DNA from: a virus | Taxonomy: Duplodnaviria > Caudoviricetes | Virus record (IMG/VR): IMGVR_UViG_3300037510_000271 | Coordinates: 1-25,184 of that record | Reading direction: 5' to 3' (one strand) | Length of the DNA: 25,184 nt | In this document: piece by piece, positions 25,150 to 25,184 of the stretch | How positions within the stretch are numbered: the first letter of the stretch is position 1 | How the letters are laid out: every line of letters begins with the position of its first letter | Notes under the pieces: generated by a model | Told to the model about the DNA's origin: nothing | Database searches by the model: none | Seen by the model: only the letters and a program-made list of their open reading frames with translations | Translations under genes and position numbers: made by a program

Positions 25150-25184
25150 TTGCAAAAACTGTCGAAATCCGCGCTCGTGGCGCC
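25150..25184 (-). other. Putative lambda-like cos left end
   Basis: Minus strand begins GGCGCCACGAG CGCGGATTTCG, resembling the lambda left end GGGCGGCGACCT CGCGGGTTTTCG (recalled from memory); directly upstream of terS. Confidence 0.6.

Larger units (their letters stand above)
1..25184. mobile_element. Partial temperate siphovirus-type phage genome (integrase, accessory, lysis, tail, head and packaging modules)
   Basis: Complete lambda-ordered morphogenesis operon on the minus strand, lysis genes and a serine integrase. No host housekeeping gene, tail sheath or contractile baseplate gene recognised. Confidence 0.96.

Noticed and set aside
1-25184. CRISPR array, rRNA, IS element or retron
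   Set aside because: No regularly spaced repeats, transposase or reverse transcriptase motifs seen by eye; a covariance-model search is still needed to exclude small ncRNAs.

Overview
The whole window is part of a temperate, long non-contractile-tailed (siphovirus-type) phage of a Gram-negative host. The minus strand, read from the right edge, carries a lambda-ordered late operon: cos-like end, terS, GpA-type terL, extended gpW-like adaptor, lambda-type portal, fused HK97-type protease/major capsid, head and tail completion genes, tail tube, G/GT chaperones with a -1 slippery site, tape measure, a 1425-aa tail tip protein with a duplicated domain, and a membrane-protein-rich lysis cassette (endolysin, holin-like genes, Rz with embedded Rz1). 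The left 5.3 kb holds a large serine recombinase and accessory genes (XRE regulator with zinc-ribbon partner, divergent sigma-region-4-like protein, FkbM-family methyltransferase, small ORFs). The least-explained signals are: an attP-like site inside the 3' end of the recombinase gene; a degenerate inverted copy of that site over the start of the small ORF upstream of the recombinase; a perfect 11-bp inverted repeat bracketing an exported-protein gene; and a window edge that falls almost exactly on a lambda-like cos end. All calls come from reading motifs and synteny by eye; no database search was run.
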